DNA from: Verrucomicrobiia bacterium
GTDB taxonomy: Bacteria; Patescibacteriota; Saccharimonadia; Saccharimonadales; JAGQNK01
Assembly (NCBI GenBank): GCA_035489575.1
Contig: DATHJY010000009.1
Coordinates: 5,517 to 69,516, forward strand
Direction of reading: 5' to 3'
DNA: 64,000 bases
Positions 47,085-56,511 of the stretch are shown here, piece after piece. Position numbers and translations under genes: made by a program. Below the pieces are notes generated by a model that had not been told where the DNA came from, ran no database searches, and saw only the letters and a program-made list of their open reading frames with translations. Position 1 is the first letter of the stretch, and every line of letters starts with the position of its first letter.

Positions 47085-47096
47085 TCACCCGCACCA
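47085..47096 (+). repeat. 12 bp direct repeat of the tRNA-Gly 3' end (att-like)
   Basis: TCACCCGCACCA at 47085-47096 is identical to 46926-46937. Confidence 0.4.
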
Positions 47097-47189
47097 ATCC
47101 AACATAACAGATGAGACATGCCATTAGGGTGTGTCTTTTCATTCTCACCCTATCTGTTATACAAATTTGAGTCCCATTTGCATAAATCT

Positions 47190-47205
47190 TACTAGTAAAC
47201 TAGTA
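47190..47205 (+). promoter_or_regulatory. perfect palindrome TACTAGT-AA-ACTAGTA overlapping a TATAAT box; candidate GntR operator
   Basis: Palindrome at 47190-47205 and TATAAT at 47204-47209. The ATG at 47216 has no SD, which suggests a leaderless mRNA. Confidence 0.45.
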
Positions 47206-47215
47206 TAATAGTGAA

Positions 47216-47605
47216 ATGATTATTTTTCGCTTGAATACTCGCTCTGGCGTTCCGCCGTACCTGCAAATTGTGCAGCAAGTTAAACAGGCATTTCAAATGG
47301 GTGTGCTGCAAGAGGGTGACCAGCTGCCTACTGTCAAAGAAGCTGTGACACAGATTGCCATAAATCCAAACACCGTATTTAAAGCGTACCGTGAACTTGA
47401 AAGCCTAGGTTTGGTAGAAGGCAGAACTGGAAGCGGCACATTTGCAAAGAAGCGACCTGACGGTCCTTCACTCGCCGTACAAACGAAGTTAGCGGGAAGC
47501 TTGGATACATGGATAGCAGAAGCGCATAAAGCTGGGCTTGATGATGAGCAAATAGAGGCATTGGTTCACGTCAATCTACATAACGGAAAGAGAAGGGATA
47601 AGTAG
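47216..47605 (+). CDS. GntR-family transcriptional regulator (short, YtrA-type)
   Basis: PPYLQIVQQVKQAFQMGVLQEGDQLPTVKEAVTQIAINPNTVFKAYRELESLGLVEGRTGSGTF is a winged-helix GntR signature. 129 aa. Confidence 0.85.
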   Translation: MIIFRLNTRSGVPPYLQIVQQVKQAFQMGVLQEGDQLPTVKEAVTQIAINPNTVFKAYRELESLGLVEGRTGSGTFAKKRPDGPSLAVQTKLAGSLDTWIAEAHKAGLDDEQIEALVHVNLHNGKRRDK

Positions 47606-47607
47606 GT

Positions 47608-48498
47608 ATGAGTTCTAATAACGCAATAGAAACAACGGGTCTTGGAAAGAAATATAGGTCATTCTGGGCGTTGAAAGACGCAAACATCACTGTTCCTAAA
47701 GGTAGCGTTACGGCTCTTGTCGGTCCAAACGGTGCCGGTAAGACTACTTTACTTAAATTGTTAGTTGGCTTAAGCACATCTAGTGCTGGCACCAGCACAG
47801 TACTGGGCGAGCCATCAAGTAACGCTGCTGATTTTATTGCTGAAATTGGTTACCTTGCACAAGAAATACCCCTCTATAAACAGTTCAATACAAGCGACCA
47901 TATAACGATGGGTGCGCATCTAAATAAAACTTGGGATAAAGCATCGGTAGAAAAGCGCATAACGGAATTGGGTATTCCATTAGGCCGTGCCGTTGGCAAG
48001 CTCTCTGGCGGTCAAAAGGTGCAAGTTGCATTAGCTTTAGCCCTAGCAAAGAAGCCAAAGGTTCTGTTGTTGGACGAACCTGTTGCTGCGCTAGACCCTC
48101 TTGCTCGTGTAGATTTCCTATCGTCACTGGCTCAAGCAGTAGCTGACGCAGAAGGTGAGCTGACGGTTGTAATGTCATCTCACTTACTCGCTGACCTAGA
48201 GCGTGTATGCGACCACGTTATTATTTTGGCTGCTGGCAAGACGCAAGTGTGCGACAGCATAGATAACGTCCTAAAAACACACAAGTTACTTACGGGTCCA
48301 AAGAACGATAAACCAAAAGCGTCAAACTACACAATTATTCAAGAGACACACTCTCCTCGCCAAACAACGCTTGTAGTTAGACAAAAGGACGGCAAAATCA
48401 ACGAACCACACTTCAAAGTACAAACCGTAAACATTGAGGAAGTCGTATTGGCTTATATGGAACAAGACAAAGCAAGCAAGTTAGGAGGCGTAAAATGA
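47608..48498 (+). CDS. ABC transporter ATP-binding protein
   Basis: Walker A GPNGAGKTT, signature LSGGQKVQ, Walker B VLLLDEP. Confidence 0.9.
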   Translation: MSSNNAIETTGLGKKYRSFWALKDANITVPKGSVTALVGPNGAGKTTLLKLLVGLSTSSAGTSTVLGEPSSNAADFIAEIGYLAQEIPLYKQFNTSDHITMGAHLNKTWDKASVEKRITELGIPLGRAVGKLSGGQKVQVALALALAKKPKVLLLDEPVAALDPLARVDFLSSLAQAVADAEGELTVVMSSHLLADLERVCDHVIILAAGKTQVCDSIDNVLKTHKLLTGPKNDKPKASNYTIIQETHSPRQTTLVVRQKDGKINEPHFKVQTVNIEEVVLAYMEQDKASKLGGVK

Positions 48499-49565
48499 AC
48501 TGGCTTATTTGGCGACAATACAGAAAACAATTACTGATTTTTGTTGGTATATTCATCATCTTTGCAGCAGTAGCAATTCCGTTTGGTGTGAACTTTTGGA
48601 AACATTACCAAGAAGTGCAAACCAGTTGCAGTCAAGTCGGTGCTGCTGGCTGTAGTCAGAAAGAAATTAGAAATGTTATTTTCAGAACCGCAGCCGAGGG
48701 ACAGGTTGTTAATCTCGTAAAGCTGACGCTCTTGGGCTTACCGTTCTTACTGGGTCTATTTTGGGGTGTACCGCTACTTGCAAAAGAGTATGCCGAGAAT
48801 ACGAACAAACTCGTTTGGACGCAAGGTATCTCAAGGCGCAAGTGGCTCACTACAAAGCTAGCTTGGGTACTATTTGCAACGGTCTTGTATGCAGGAGCGT
48901 TCACGGCAGTAGCGACTTGGTTCTCACGTACAGGCAATGCAGTTAATAGTGATAGATTTACAGAACTAGCATTTATGAGCCAAGGAGTTGTCCCAGTTGC
49001 AATGGCGGTGTTCGCCGTTTGTGTTGGTATTCTTTTCGGAGCTTGGTTTAAGAGATTACTTCCAGCATTAGGGGCTACGCTCGGACTATTGTTAGTTCTA
49101 CAGATTGCCGTTCCTACGTTTGCCCGACCTCACTATCAGGCTACTCAGGTTACTACAGAGTCATTAAAAGTAGAGAAGGGCGAGTTTGCGCCTGGTGGAC
49201 CGAATAAAGAAGATTGGACTATTAGCGCAAAACAGCTTGATAGCTCTGGTAAGGAATTAGACTCTAAGTTTCCGCCACAGCAATGCATCATTGACGAAGA
49301 ACAAATGCAGAAAGAACGAGCAGAGTCGCAGGAAGCACCAAAACCTGGTACACCAGAAAAGCCCAGAACTGCTGCCTTTTCACTTGCTGGTGGACCAGTC
49401 ATTAGTATAAATTGCTTATCGGACTTAGGCTATCACTGGGAAGTTAAGTATCAGCCAGCATATCGCTACTGGAACTTCCAACGTATTGAGACCGCATTGT
49501 ATTTAGTACTGACTGGGATGGCAGTATCTGCAACCTACTGGCTTGTCCTAAGGCGTGACGCATAA
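48495..49565 (+). CDS. ABC-2-type transporter permease (putative)
   Basis: 4 nt overlap with the ATPase gene. Six hydrophobic helices with a large extracytoplasmic loop. Confidence 0.6.
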   Translation: MNWLIWRQYRKQLLIFVGIFIIFAAVAIPFGVNFWKHYQEVQTSCSQVGAAGCSQKEIRNVIFRTAAEGQVVNLVKLTLLGLPFLLGLFWGVPLLAKEYAENTNKLVWTQGISRRKWLTTKLAWVLFATVLYAGAFTAVATWFSRTGNAVNSDRFTELAFMSQGVVPVAMAVFAVCVGILFGAWFKRLLPALGATLGLLLVLQIAVPTFARPHYQATQVTTESLKVEKGEFAPGGPNKEDWTISAKQLDSSGKELDSKFPPQQCIIDEEQMQKERAESQEAPKPGTPEKPRTAAFSLAGGPVISINCLSDLGYHWEVKYQPAYRYWNFQRIETALYLVLTGMAVSATYWLVLRRDA

Positions 49566-49820
49566 ACAATAGCGTAAGTCCCAGCTCTTACTTACTAAGC
49601 AAGTAACGTCTGTAAGGTGCCTCTAGCATCTGCCTCCAACCTAGGAGTTCTTGGCTGAATAAGTGTAAACTTTTACTACTATCCCTGCACCTTCATAATT
49701 ACCAGCTTTCAAGCTTTTTGGAGGAGAATTTCATAGACAAAACCTGAGCTAGATAATGTAAAATGTCTTAGGAGTTAAATCTATTTAAGAACTTAATTTT
49801 AATGAAAAGGGATAAATGAG

Positions 49821-50201
49821 ATGACGAAATATATCGATGGATTTGTGCTTGTAGTGCCCAAAGGAAAAGAAGCCGAATACCAGAAAATGGCAGAAGAAGG
49901 GCGAGACTCTTGGATGAAGCACGGTGCGCTTCAATACTTCGAGTGCAGAGGTGATGATCTGAAGCAGCAGGAAATGGGTGACCAAAAATCACGTGCTTTT
50001 GCTGAAATGACTGGCGCAAATAGCGATGAAAATATCTGGTTTTCTTTTATTGTTTTTGAGTCTAAAGAACACCGCGATGAAGTAAACAAAAAAGTTATGG
50101 CCGAGATGGATGAATCATATAGCGATCAGACTGACTTTGAAATGCCGAACGATATGAAGAAAATGGCGTACGGTGGCTTTGCGGTAGCCGTAGAAGGATA
50201 A
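49821..50201 (+). CDS. DUF1428 (YbaA-like) protein
   Basis: MTKYIDGFVLVVPKGKEAEYQKMAEE...ALQYFEC...MAYGGF matches my recollection of the E. coli YbaA pattern. Confidence 0.75.
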   Translation: MTKYIDGFVLVVPKGKEAEYQKMAEEGRDSWMKHGALQYFECRGDDLKQQEMGDQKSRAFAEMTGANSDENIWFSFIVFESKEHRDEVNKKVMAEMDESYSDQTDFEMPNDMKKMAYGGFAVAVEG

Positions 50202-50216
50202 AATTAAAAAACAGAG

Positions 50217-50666
50217 ATGAAAGCCAAAAAATCTAATCTAAAAAGGATGGACAACGTTGGTATCGTGGTGGAATCACTCGATAAAGCCGTTTCTTTTTTC
50301 ACTGAGCTTGGCCTAAAGCTCGAAGGACGGGCAATGGTTGAAGGGGAATGGGCTGGGCGTGTCACCGGCTTAGGCAACCAGAGCGCTGAGATTGCTATGA
50401 TGGTTACCCCCGACGGACACGGCAGACTTGAACTATCGCGTTTTCTTACCCCACCCGTAATCGCCGACCATCGCAATGCTCCGGTGAATGCACTTGGCTA
50501 TCTACGCACTATGTTCACCGTAGAAGACATTGACGAGACAGTATCTAGACTCCAAAAGCATGGAGCCGAGCTTGTCGGTGAAATAGTTCGGTACGAGGAC
50601 TCTTATCGCCTTTGCTACATTCGTGGTCCTGAACAAATCCTCGTTGGACTAGCAGAAGAACTCTAG
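50217..50666 (+). CDS. VOC family (glyoxalase/bleomycin-resistance fold) protein
   Basis: MDNVGIVVESLDKAVSFFTELGLKLEGR...LELSRF...GYLRTMFTVEDIDETVSRLQKHGAELV. Confidence 0.75.
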   Translation: MKAKKSNLKRMDNVGIVVESLDKAVSFFTELGLKLEGRAMVEGEWAGRVTGLGNQSAEIAMMVTPDGHGRLELSRFLTPPVIADHRNAPVNALGYLRTMFTVEDIDETVSRLQKHGAELVGEIVRYEDSYRLCYIRGPEQILVGLAEEL

Positions 50667-50902
50667 AAGGAATCAGACGACTATCGTTAATGTGCTAATA
50701 GGTTGCGGATAAATTAAACCGATTTGCAAGTTTCGTTTGAGTTGGTAGGATCAACATTCTCGGAATTTACAGTTAGAGATACGTACATTATCTGGCATCA
50801 AGAAGCCCGTGCTGGGGGCTGCGGTGCTTGAGGCTCGCCCCTCACCGGGATGCACTAGAGCCAAATGCGGTGCAAATGTAAGTCTTGGGCTACAATGAAA
50901 CT

Positions 50903-51340
50903 ATGAAAGAAATACAATTCTTAGTTGAGATACATGCTCCTAAAGAAAAGGTGTGGGACACTCTATGGCAAGACCAAACACTTCGCGAATGGGCGGGTAT
51001 CATTGACCCGGGAACATACATGTCAGGGGAACTAAAAGAAGGTAAAGAAGTACAGTTTATATCTTCTGAAAACGGGTATGGTGTAACAAGTCTGGTTGAA
51101 AGGCTCGTGGCCCACGAATTTTTGCTGCTCAGGCACCAGGCAGATACGCAAGGTAGCGGAGAAAAGGAACGCGCCCAGGAGTGGACTGGCGGCAAAGAAA
51201 GCTACTCACTAGTAGAAAAGGATGGCACCACGACTTTAACTGCCGTATTTGATGTTCCGTCAGAAATGGAAGAATACTTCAAAGACACCTACCCCAAAGC
51301 CCTAGAGCGAGTTAAGGTATTGGCCGAAAAAGATAAGTGA
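50903..51340 (+). CDS. SRPBCC / AHSA1-like domain protein
   Basis: IHAPKEKVWDTLWQDQTLREWAG is typical of the Aha1/BPI-like START-fold family. Confidence 0.65.
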   Translation: MKEIQFLVEIHAPKEKVWDTLWQDQTLREWAGIIDPGTYMSGELKEGKEVQFISSENGYGVTSLVERLVAHEFLLLRHQADTQGSGEKERAQEWTGGKESYSLVEKDGTTTLTAVFDVPSEMEEYFKDTYPKALERVKVLAEKDK

Positions 51341-51365
51341 CAATTTCTGGGCCAACACAAACTCG

Positions 51366-52121
51366 TTAGGTGATTAACCCTGATAGTACGTCATGCCTGT
51401 CATCCAGAAAACGCTTGGTCAGCCTATAATGCTCCGTATCCTCGTAATTCACTATCTGCATACCATTCTTTCCGACTAAATAAATATCTGCGTCAGGATA
51501 GCCCATGATAATAGGAGAATGTGTAGCAATAATAAACTGGGCGCCATTACTGACGTGCTGATGCAGAAGAGTTATGAGCTTGAATTGCCGAGCAGGAGAC
51601 AGCGCAGCTTCGGGCTCATCCAGTATATAAAGACCATTTCCCCTAAACCTGTGCTCCATTGGAGAGATAAATGATTCACCGTGTGATTGCTCATGCAGGG
51701 AGATGCCGCCATACGAAGATGTAATTGGTGGTCCACCCTCAGGGTCTTCATCTAGTCGTTCAATTTCAGACGCAACATTGTAAAAGCTTTCTGCCCTTAG
51801 AAAGTAACCGTCACGTGGCCGTCTAATACCTTTTACTAAGGTAAAGTAGTTGTGGAGTTCCGAATGACTATCTTTGGTTGAAAAATGAAAGTTCCGCGAG
51901 CCCCCTTCTGCATTAAATCCCATGCCAATGGCAAGCGACTCAAGTAAAGTCGATTTGCCGGAACCATTCTCTCCCACGATAAAGGTTACCTTTGGGTGGA
52001 ACTCAAGACTGGTAAAATGCTCGACTATCGACAGATTAAAGGGATAGGTATCATGGCTTGGAAATTCTTCATAATTAATCGAAGCTTCAATTAAATAGTG
52101 GCGGGCATCAATTGCTTTCAT
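51366..52121 (-). CDS. AAA/ABC-like ATPase (COG3910-type)
   Basis: Walker A GENGSGKST, Walker B LYILDEPEAALSP and H-loop ATHSP. No partner gene is evident. Confidence 0.75.
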   Translation of the reverse strand: MKAIDARHYLIEASINYEEFPSHDTYPFNLSIVEHFTSLEFHPKVTFIVGENGSGKSTLLESLAIGMGFNAEGGSRNFHFSTKDSHSELHNYFTLVKGIRRPRDGYFLRAESFYNVASEIERLDEDPEGGPPITSSYGGISLHEQSHGESFISPMEHRFRGNGLYILDEPEAALSPARQFKLITLLHQHVSNGAQFIIATHSPIIMGYPDADIYLVGKNGMQIVNYEDTEHYRLTKRFLDDRHDVLSGLIT

Positions 52122-52199
52122 CCCTGCATTATATTGTAGCGATACGCCAATAAGCTAGTACCATCAATAGACCTTGGCATAAGGATTATTTTATTTGCT

Positions 52200-52595
52200 A
52201 TGATTAACAGTATGAAAACTAAACCAACTGGGATAGACGTAGAGTCTTTCCTAGGAAGTGTAAGCGACAAAAGGCGCGAAGAAGCCCACACATTGATTGC
52301 TCTGATGCAAGAAATATCTGGCGAAAAACCATGCATGTGGGGGCCGAGTATCATTGGGTTTGGCTCGCAGCACTATAAGTACGATACAGGGCGCGAGGGC
52401 GATATGCCCCGGCTAGCTTTTAGTCCACGGAAGGCTAATATAACGGTTTACTTCGAGGGTTTTGATAGATACGGCGAATTGCTAGCAAAACTAGGCAAAC
52501 ACAAAAGGACCGTGGCTTGTTTGTATATAAATAAGCTTGCGGATGTTAAGCTCGACGTATTGCGCGCAATGCTTGAGCAATCATTTGCAGCATAA
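52200..52595 (+). CDS. DUF1801 (YdhG-like) domain protein
   Basis: VESFLGSVSDKRREEAHTLIALMQEISGEKPCMWGPSIIGFG...ITVYF. Confidence 0.7.
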   Translation: MINSMKTKPTGIDVESFLGSVSDKRREEAHTLIALMQEISGEKPCMWGPSIIGFGSQHYKYDTGREGDMPRLAFSPRKANITVYFEGFDRYGELLAKLGKHKRTVACLYINKLADVKLDVLRAMLEQSFAA

Positions 52596-52693
52596 CTACG
52601 TGTGTGCATGGTTATACCCTTACTGCTGCCTGGCTATCTTAATTTCTCGACTCCACATGCGGCAAATCACTACAGACAGAGTAGTATATAGAG

Positions 52694-53377
52694 ATGGCCC
52701 AAACCCCTTCTAGCGTTGTTATATTTTCGCATGGCTTTGGCGTACGCAAAACTGACCGCGGATTATTTACCGCGATCTCCATTGCTTTGCCCAACACCCA
52801 AAGCGTGATGTTTGATTACAATCCCATAAACGAGCAGTCGAACACACTGACGGTAAAACCTTTGCATGAGCAGGCATTGAAACTTCGGAAAGTCATTAAT
52901 GCTGCTAGGGCTGAATATCCGGACGCAATTCTTGACCTAGTATGTCACTCTCAGGGATGCGTTGTAGCGGGGCTGGTGAAGCCTAGGGGCATACGCAAGG
53001 TTATTATGCTCACTCCTCCGGACGATATGAATGAAGCAACCGTTGCCGAGCAGCTCGGTGCGCGTACAGGAACAGCCATTGATGTAACGGTTAGGACACG
53101 TTTGTCACGCGCTGATGGCAGCACGACGGTTATTCATCCTGATTACTGGCAAAGCCTGGCCGGTATCGAGCCCGTGAAACTCTATAATAGACTGGCTCGA
53201 TTTACGAAGCTGCGTATCATAAATGCCAGACAAGACGAAGTGTTGGGTGAGGTCAGGTTTGAAGGAATTGATCCGGCGATCCCACTCGTAACGCTGGATG
53301 GCAACCATAATTTTGATGACGAAGAAGCTCGCAAGCGGATCCTCTATATTCTGCAAAAAGAGCTAGCAAAAAGCTAG
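52694..53377 (+). CDS. alpha/beta hydrolase
   Basis: VVIFSHGFG and the CHSQGC nucleophile-elbow variant. 227 aa. Confidence 0.6.
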   Translation: MAQTPSSVVIFSHGFGVRKTDRGLFTAISIALPNTQSVMFDYNPINEQSNTLTVKPLHEQALKLRKVINAARAEYPDAILDLVCHSQGCVVAGLVKPRGIRKVIMLTPPDDMNEATVAEQLGARTGTAIDVTVRTRLSRADGSTTVIHPDYWQSLAGIEPVKLYNRLARFTKLRIINARQDEVLGEVRFEGIDPAIPLVTLDGNHNFDDEEARKRILYILQKELAKS

Positions 53378-54843
53378 GCTTTCTCGACTCCGCCAAACCA
53401 GGTTGTAAGCGCTTGGGGTAGCTCTGGATCTGCGATGTTTCCTGTCCAGGCAACGTACCCGTCCGGTCGGATTAATGCGGCAGAGGCAGCGGTGATCTCG
53501 CCAAGAACGGGGAGTTCCCACGTACCTTTGTAAGTAGCGTTGATCAATTTAACCCTACCGGACCAAGCAGAAACATCAAACTCATCGGCCCCGCCCAGAT
53601 TAAGAAGTACGGCCTTGGCATCATGTAATAGGCTGAACAAACGCGTCGGGCCGTCTGCGACCACTAGATCAAGGTCGGGCATGCGCCGTCCGAGCAAGGG
53701 GTACCCCTCTCCAAGGTCGTAGTGAATATCCAGGGCAGAGAGCATGCCCACTACGTGTTTGCGCGGCTCGTCCATGTCCAGTAGTTCGGTCATGATCTCG
53801 TGGGTGGCCACATGTTGGCCGTCGGGTTTGCTCAGGACAATTTGCGCTCTGGTGTTCTGCAATACCCGGGCACCAACCGGATGGCGCTCGGCATGGTAGC
53901 TATCCAGAAGCTTCCCTGGCGATGTTTTGTTGACCACTTGTGCCAGTTTCCATCCCAAATTCACGGCGTCTTGCAAACCAGTGCCAAGGCCTTGGCCACC
54001 TTGTGGCGGATGTATGTGTGCGGCGTCGCCGGCGAGTAATATGCGTCCTTTGCGATAAGTCGCCGCTTGCCGGGTGGCGTCGCTGAAACGCGAGACCCAA
54101 TTGACGGCAGTCAGTCCATAATCTGTCTCATATGTAGAGACAAGTGCCTCGCGAAGTTCTTCCATGCTCGGCCTGTCGCCATGCTTGACGACCTTTTCGC
54201 GTATTGTGACTCCTATCGATTTGCCGTCTGCCGATGGGCCAATACCACCACCTTCAGGACGCATGCCGAACGCTGGCGTTTCACTCATCTTTACCTCGGC
54301 AATAATGTAACTAACCGAGGCGTCCAAACCGGGGAAGTCAATCCCGGCTACCTTGCGGACCAGACTCTGCCCTCCATCACAACCGACCAGATAATCTGCC
54401 CGCAAAGACTGACCATCCGACACTTTAATAGTGACGCCGTGGTCGTCTTGGGTGAAGTTCGTTACCTCGCTGCTACGCATAATTGGAACACCAAGTTCTT
54501 CAGCCCAATCTGCCAGGATAGGCTCGAACTTGCTCTGCGATATTCCCAGTAAGTAGTTGTGGCGAGTCGGAAAGTCACTGATATCTAATCTAGCGCCAGC
54601 AAATCCTATGTTTGGGTACGATTGCCCTGCAGAAATAAACCGCTCTGCGACACCACGCTGGTCTAATACTTCTACAGCACGAGCGTGAATGCCCTTGGCG
54701 CGTGACTCATCCAGGTGCTGGTCAGCGCGGCGTTCGACGATGACAACGTCAACCCCAGCCAGCTTAAGCTCAGCCGCTAACATCAGCCCGGTCGGACCAC
54801 CTCCAGCGATCACTACTGCGTGTTTTTTTGTCTCCACTTTCAC
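53374..54843 (-). CDS. FAD-dependent aromatic-ring monooxygenase (group A flavin monooxygenase)
   Basis: VVIAGGGPTGLMLAAELKLAGVDVVIVERR (GxGxxG), DG motif GCDGGQSLVR, GDAAHIHPPQGGQGLGTGLQDAVNLGWKL. Confidence 0.85.
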   Translation of the reverse strand: MKVETKKHAVVIAGGGPTGLMLAAELKLAGVDVVIVERRADQHLDESRAKGIHARAVEVLDQRGVAERFISAGQSYPNIGFAGARLDISDFPTRHNYLLGISQSKFEPILADWAEELGVPIMRSSEVTNFTQDDHGVTIKVSDGQSLRADYLVGCDGGQSLVRKVAGIDFPGLDASVSYIIAEVKMSETPAFGMRPEGGGIGPSADGKSIGVTIREKVVKHGDRPSMEELREALVSTYETDYGLTAVNWVSRFSDATRQAATYRKGRILLAGDAAHIHPPQGGQGLGTGLQDAVNLGWKLAQVVNKTSPGKLLDSYHAERHPVGARVLQNTRAQIVLSKPDGQHVATHEIMTELLDMDEPRKHVVGMLSALDIHYDLGEGYPLLGRRMPDLDLVVADGPTRLFSLLHDAKAVLLNLGGADEFDVSAWSGRVKLINATYKGTWELPVLGEITAASAALIRPDGYVAWTGNIADPELPQALTTWFGGVEKA

Positions 54844-54916
54844 CCCCGTTTCCTAGCTAAAATTATAACATCTCAACAATTTAGGGTCAGGGCTACAATC
54901 CGGGGTTTTCTTTTAG

Positions 54917-55189
54917 TTATTTAGCCGGATGGCTCTTGGCCCAGGCAACAACTTCGTCAGGTTTGTTCATGGCTGTACCGTCGTCTAGTACTAGAACTGG
55001 CACAAAATACGAGCCAGTCAACGCAAATACTTCCCGGCGTACTTTGCCCTGGAGAAATTTTGGCAGATGTTCTTGCCCTTTTGCTTTTTGGATCTGGGGG
55101 TTATGGCCTGCTGCAGTCAAGGCTTTATGGACCTTTGCGCAGTCGTGATGGTCGCTTCCGTTGGTGCTCCAGCATATGTATAGCTTCAT
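54917..55189 (-). CDS. glutaredoxin-like / thioredoxin-fold small protein (tentative)
   Basis: MKLYICWSTNG...HDCAKVHKALTAAGH...VPVLVLDDG. Met63 of the tracked ORF is taken as the start. Confidence 0.45.
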   Translation of the reverse strand: MKLYICWSTNGSDHHDCAKVHKALTAAGHNPQIQKAKGQEHLPKFLQGKVRREVFALTGSYFVPVLVLDDGTAMNKPDEVVAWAKSHPAK

Positions 55190-55192
55190 GTT

Positions 55193-56467
55193 TTGGATTA
55201 TACACCTGGCATCAGCGAAAAGCGTAGCAAACCCCGTGCTACAATTCCCTGGATGAATCAAAAAGCAAAAGACATACTGCGACCACTGTATGCCTGGGCG
55301 TTTACTGAGGCACTTATTTTTTGGTATGCCATCGAGAAGCTGCTGTGGAGCGGTTCCGGTATCACCGCCAAACAAATAATCATTCTAGGCATAATCGCCC
55401 AAAGCAGCCAGATTCTTATCGAAGTACCTTCGAGCATCATCGCCGATCGCTGGAGCAGGCGGAAGTCGTTGATGGTGTCGTCGGTCTTTATGCTCACCGC
55501 AATTGTCATCGTGCTAAGTGTTCGCTCATTCTTGTCGTTTGCAATTATGTCTTTAGTCTGGGCGTTCTACTATTCTTTCCAGTCAGGGACAGTCAATGCA
55601 TATATCTATGATCTCCTGAAAGAAAAAGGCGAGCAGTCACAATACAGAAAAGCCTTGTCGCGGTATACCACATTTCAACTAGCTGGATTGTTGGTTTCTT
55701 CTTTGGCTGCAAGCGTGCTTATCAAGCTCGGCGACTTACTCACCCCTTATTGGGTAACGCTTATCCCAACTGTGGTTGCACTTGTGTTGCTGTGGCGTAT
55801 GCATGATCCAGCCGTAGAACGTACAGAACAATCTACCGGCACAGCCTCCCATCATGTGCGAAGCGCTATTCTTAATGTATCTAAGAAAAAGTGGCTTATT
55901 GCCATCTTTGTCGCATTGGCGCTTGTAACGGCAGGCCGTTTTGTTTGGTACGAGTACTATCAGCTATATGCGCTAAAACAAAACGTAGCTCCCATGTTGT
56001 TTGGACTGCTGTTGGCGCTTATACATGTAGGCAACATAGCTGGCTCGGAGTTTGCGCACCGTGTAAAAAGTCCGAACAGAGTACTACTAACAGCACTCGG
56101 CGCGTTACTAGCCAGCACGACAGCCCTAGCATTTGTGACGGGTACTCTCGCAATAGTTATATTCCTGGTGGTGTGTTTCTTTGGCTCGCAGGCTGGCTCA
56201 ATAGTCCTGGACGAAAACCTACAACACGAAACAGCATCTGAGCTACGCGCAACAACTCTGTCAATGGCTGGGCTCGTCAGCAGAATTTTCTTTGGCGTTT
56301 CGGCTGGAGTAATAATAGCCTTTAATACATCACCAAGAATAATCGCGATTGTAACGCTCGTGGCATTTATCGGTATAGCCCTGTATTTGCCAGTGCGTAA
56401 ACGACTTGCCAGTGCGGTATCCATAGAGGATGAGCTTATACCTCTTCCCACATCTCCCGAACTGTGA
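55193..56467 (+). CDS. MFS transporter
   Basis: About 12 hydrophobic helices and an ADRWSRRK motif in the loop 2-3 position. The start may be the Met at 55253. Confidence 0.7.
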   Translation: MDYTPGISEKRSKPRATIPWMNQKAKDILRPLYAWAFTEALIFWYAIEKLLWSGSGITAKQIIILGIIAQSSQILIEVPSSIIADRWSRRKSLMVSSVFMLTAIVIVLSVRSFLSFAIMSLVWAFYYSFQSGTVNAYIYDLLKEKGEQSQYRKALSRYTTFQLAGLLVSSLAASVLIKLGDLLTPYWVTLIPTVVALVLLWRMHDPAVERTEQSTGTASHHVRSAILNVSKKKWLIAIFVALALVTAGRFVWYEYYQLYALKQNVAPMLFGLLLALIHVGNIAGSEFAHRVKSPNRVLLTALGALLASTTALAFVTGTLAIVIFLVVCFFGSQAGSIVLDENLQHETASELRATTLSMAGLVSRIFFGVSAGVIIAFNTSPRIIAIVTLVAFIGIALYLPVRKRLASAVSIEDELIPLPTSPEL

Positions 56468-56511
56468 CCGATTTTTGCTCGTCCTGCATAGTCTGGGGTG
56501 AAACTCTGTAC

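Noticed and set aside
46813-47127. A 104 aa ORF on the plus strand.
   Set aside because: It runs straight through tRNA-Gly (46862-46937) and its terminator, so it is not a plausible protein gene.
52118-52354. A 78 aa minus-strand ORF abutting the AAA ATPase, considered as a possible partner/effector.
   Set aside because: It overlaps the 5' part of the well-supported DUF1801 gene on the opposite strand and has no SD or recognisable features. It is likely spurious.
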